Of a stretch of DNA of 64,000 nucleotides, positions 62,370 to 64,000 are shown piece after piece (positions within the stretch are counted from its first letter, which is position 1; each line of letters starts with the position of its first letter). The stretch covers positions 1 to 64,000 of the forward strand of contig JAXLQJ010000007.1 in the NCBI GenBank assembly GCA_046331705.1, given 5' to 3'. Under the pieces are notes generated by a model. That model saw nothing but the letters and a program-made list of their open reading frames with translations, made no database searches and was not told the DNA's origin. The translations under genes and the position numbers were made by a program. The DNA is from a bacterium. Its GTDB lineage: Bacteria; JADJOY01.

Positions 62370-64000
62370 CGGCGTGGATCGGCAATCCGTTCCTGGGGGT
62401 CGTTCTTCGTCATCACGGTGCTTGCCCTCTTCGGGGTGAGCTCGGTGCCGCGTGGCGGCGGCCGTTCGCCCGGCAGCGGCGCGGCGGTGGCCACCGGCGA
62501 GGACACGTCCGCAGCGGACGCGGCGGCAGCGTCGCGATGCGTCGGGCGGAACCCGGCCGCAGATGCTGCGCCGGCGCAGCCCCCGGACGAGGCGTCGCCG
62601 CGGTCGTCGAGGTCGCTACGCGGAGCCTGGTCGCCCGCGCCCAGCGCATCGGCGTGCGATGGATGCGAAGCTCGCCATCCAGGTACCGCTGGAGACGAGT
62701 GCCGAGGACGCAAGCACGGGGCTGCCCCCAGCGCTCCCGGCGAGCCCCCGATCGGCGGCGGCAGCCCGGAGGAGGCCGCTCGACGCGGCCGCGTCGCCGC
62801 GGGCGAGCTTCGAGATGCGCGCGAGCACCTTGCCCCGCCGCGAATCCGAGCTTCGTGCAACCAGCACCGACGTGGTCGAGGTCACGTCGCTGATCGCGAT
62901 CGTCCCGGACCCATCGGTGACGAGCATGGAGCTGCGCTTCGACCGCACCATCGCGGCGCTCCTCGCCGGCTTCAAGCCGTACCAATTGGTGCTCGGGCCA
63001 GTGGCTTCCTGGAACGTCGATGGCGCGGGAAACGTGCGCCGTCAGGACCAAGCCCAAGCGGGTGAGGGCTCGCTCAAGGAGCCGGGCGTGCTGGTGCTCC
63101 GGAAGGCCGACGCGCTGATCAAGCAGCCGGCGTGCCGGCACCTCGCTCGGCGGCCGCCGGCAGCACCATACGACTATGCCGTCGTGTTCCTGGTGCCCGA
63201 GACCGCGGTGTGCAGGTCGGCACCGTTCCTGTTGCGCAAGGCCTTCAGCTCACCGCCGGGATCGATCCAGCGCCGGGGAAGTACGGGATTCGCTTCGTCA
63301 GTTGCGGCCCGGCGGCCGATCCGGGCCGCGCGTCATCGTACCGGCCCCGCCTACTCCGCTTCGCTCGAGCCGCTGGCGACGGCGCTCACCAACCTATCGC
63401 TTTTCGCCGGCGCGCCCACGAGGTTCACCCCCGACATGCAGTGGTCTCCACGCTGACCACAACATCACGCCTGAGGCATGGGTAGCACCACAGCGCTTCC
63501 TGCGCGTCACTCCGACGTTCCGCGACCAAACGGATGCTGCGCAGGTTCCTGCGGACCACCCTCGCGCCGTGGAATCAAGGAGGATTTTCCCGCGGCGCTC
63601 ATTCAAGAGACCGACACGGTTTACGGCTCCGCGCAGCTTCTTCGAGCGCGCCATGACGGCGACGAGGCGGTGGCCGGCGACGACTTTCCAGTTCCCGCGC
63701 GATCTGAGCGTCCTGCGGCAGGCCAGCGACGCATCGCGCCGGGAACCTCGGCAACCTGTCCGCGGATGCGCGTTCTCGCTCTCCCAAGGGGTCGGCTTCG
63801 ACATGCGCGACCACCTGGTCTCGCGGGGCGTGCCCGTGATCTCGAGCCACGCCGCCGGGTCTACGCCGGGCTGCTCGACAGCGCAAGGCCGATGATCCGC
63901 CAGCACCGGCTCAGGGCATTCGTCCTCGCCGGCACCAACGAGATGGACCTGCTCTTCGCGGCCCGCGTGATCCGATCGATGCGGATGCACGCCCCATCAC
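62370..64000 (+). pseudogene. Large hypothetical protein, N-terminal part (frameshifted; runs off the window)
   Basis: Coding-like blocks IAIVPDP...RFDRTI, EPGVLVLR, VVFLVPET, GPAYSAS, FPRDLS, GTNEMDLLF; no function recognised. Confidence 0.5.

Noticed and set aside
42600-64000. Programmed frameshifting or true mass pseudogenisation
   Set aside because: Indels are dense, lack slippery-site patterns and hit all genes alike; sequencing error is the simpler explanation.
1-64000. CRISPR arrays, rRNA/tRNA, IS elements, integrases, prophage or defence genes
   Set aside because: None recognised by eye; short RNA genes could have been missed without covariance searches.

Overview
Very GC-rich (roughly 70% by eye) bacterial DNA from a diderm organism: it encodes a FadL-type barrel and a TonB-dependent receptor, and the gene content suggests Myxococcota/Binatia-like lineages (inference only). 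1-14.6 kb: GT4 glycosyltransferase, icmF, a SAM methyltransferase and mutA-mutB...meaB. mutA carries one in-frame TAG, and three unrelated genes (FadL barrel, Cys-rich lipoprotein, subtilase) sit between mutB and meaB. 14.6-27 kb: DUF1990/YndJ, a polar amino-acid ABC transporter, desaturase-MerR, HAD, SPFH, a propeller lipoprotein and a sterol-desaturase-family gene. 27-36 kb: an actinobacterial-style steroid catabolic cluster (P450, F420-type LLM, IpdF-like SDR, MaoC pairs, two-subunit ACAD, racemase) with a perfect KstR-type operator in its divergent promoter. 38.5-42.6 kb: a sigma54/IHF-preceded operon (methyltransferase, unknown, methyltransferase, kinase-like, double NeuA-like). From about 42.5 kb onward nearly every gene is frameshifted, most likely through sequencing error. 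Products there are still recognisable: endoglycoceramidase, EEP hydrolase, MFS, Fe-S oxidoreductase, P450, flavin oxidoreductase, ETF, DUF35/thiolase, enoyl-CoA hydratase and TonB receptor. A second near-identical KstR-type operator lies at 52.9 kb. No rRNA, tRNA, CRISPR array or transposase was recognised. All calls come from motif recognition and remembered family features; no searches were run.
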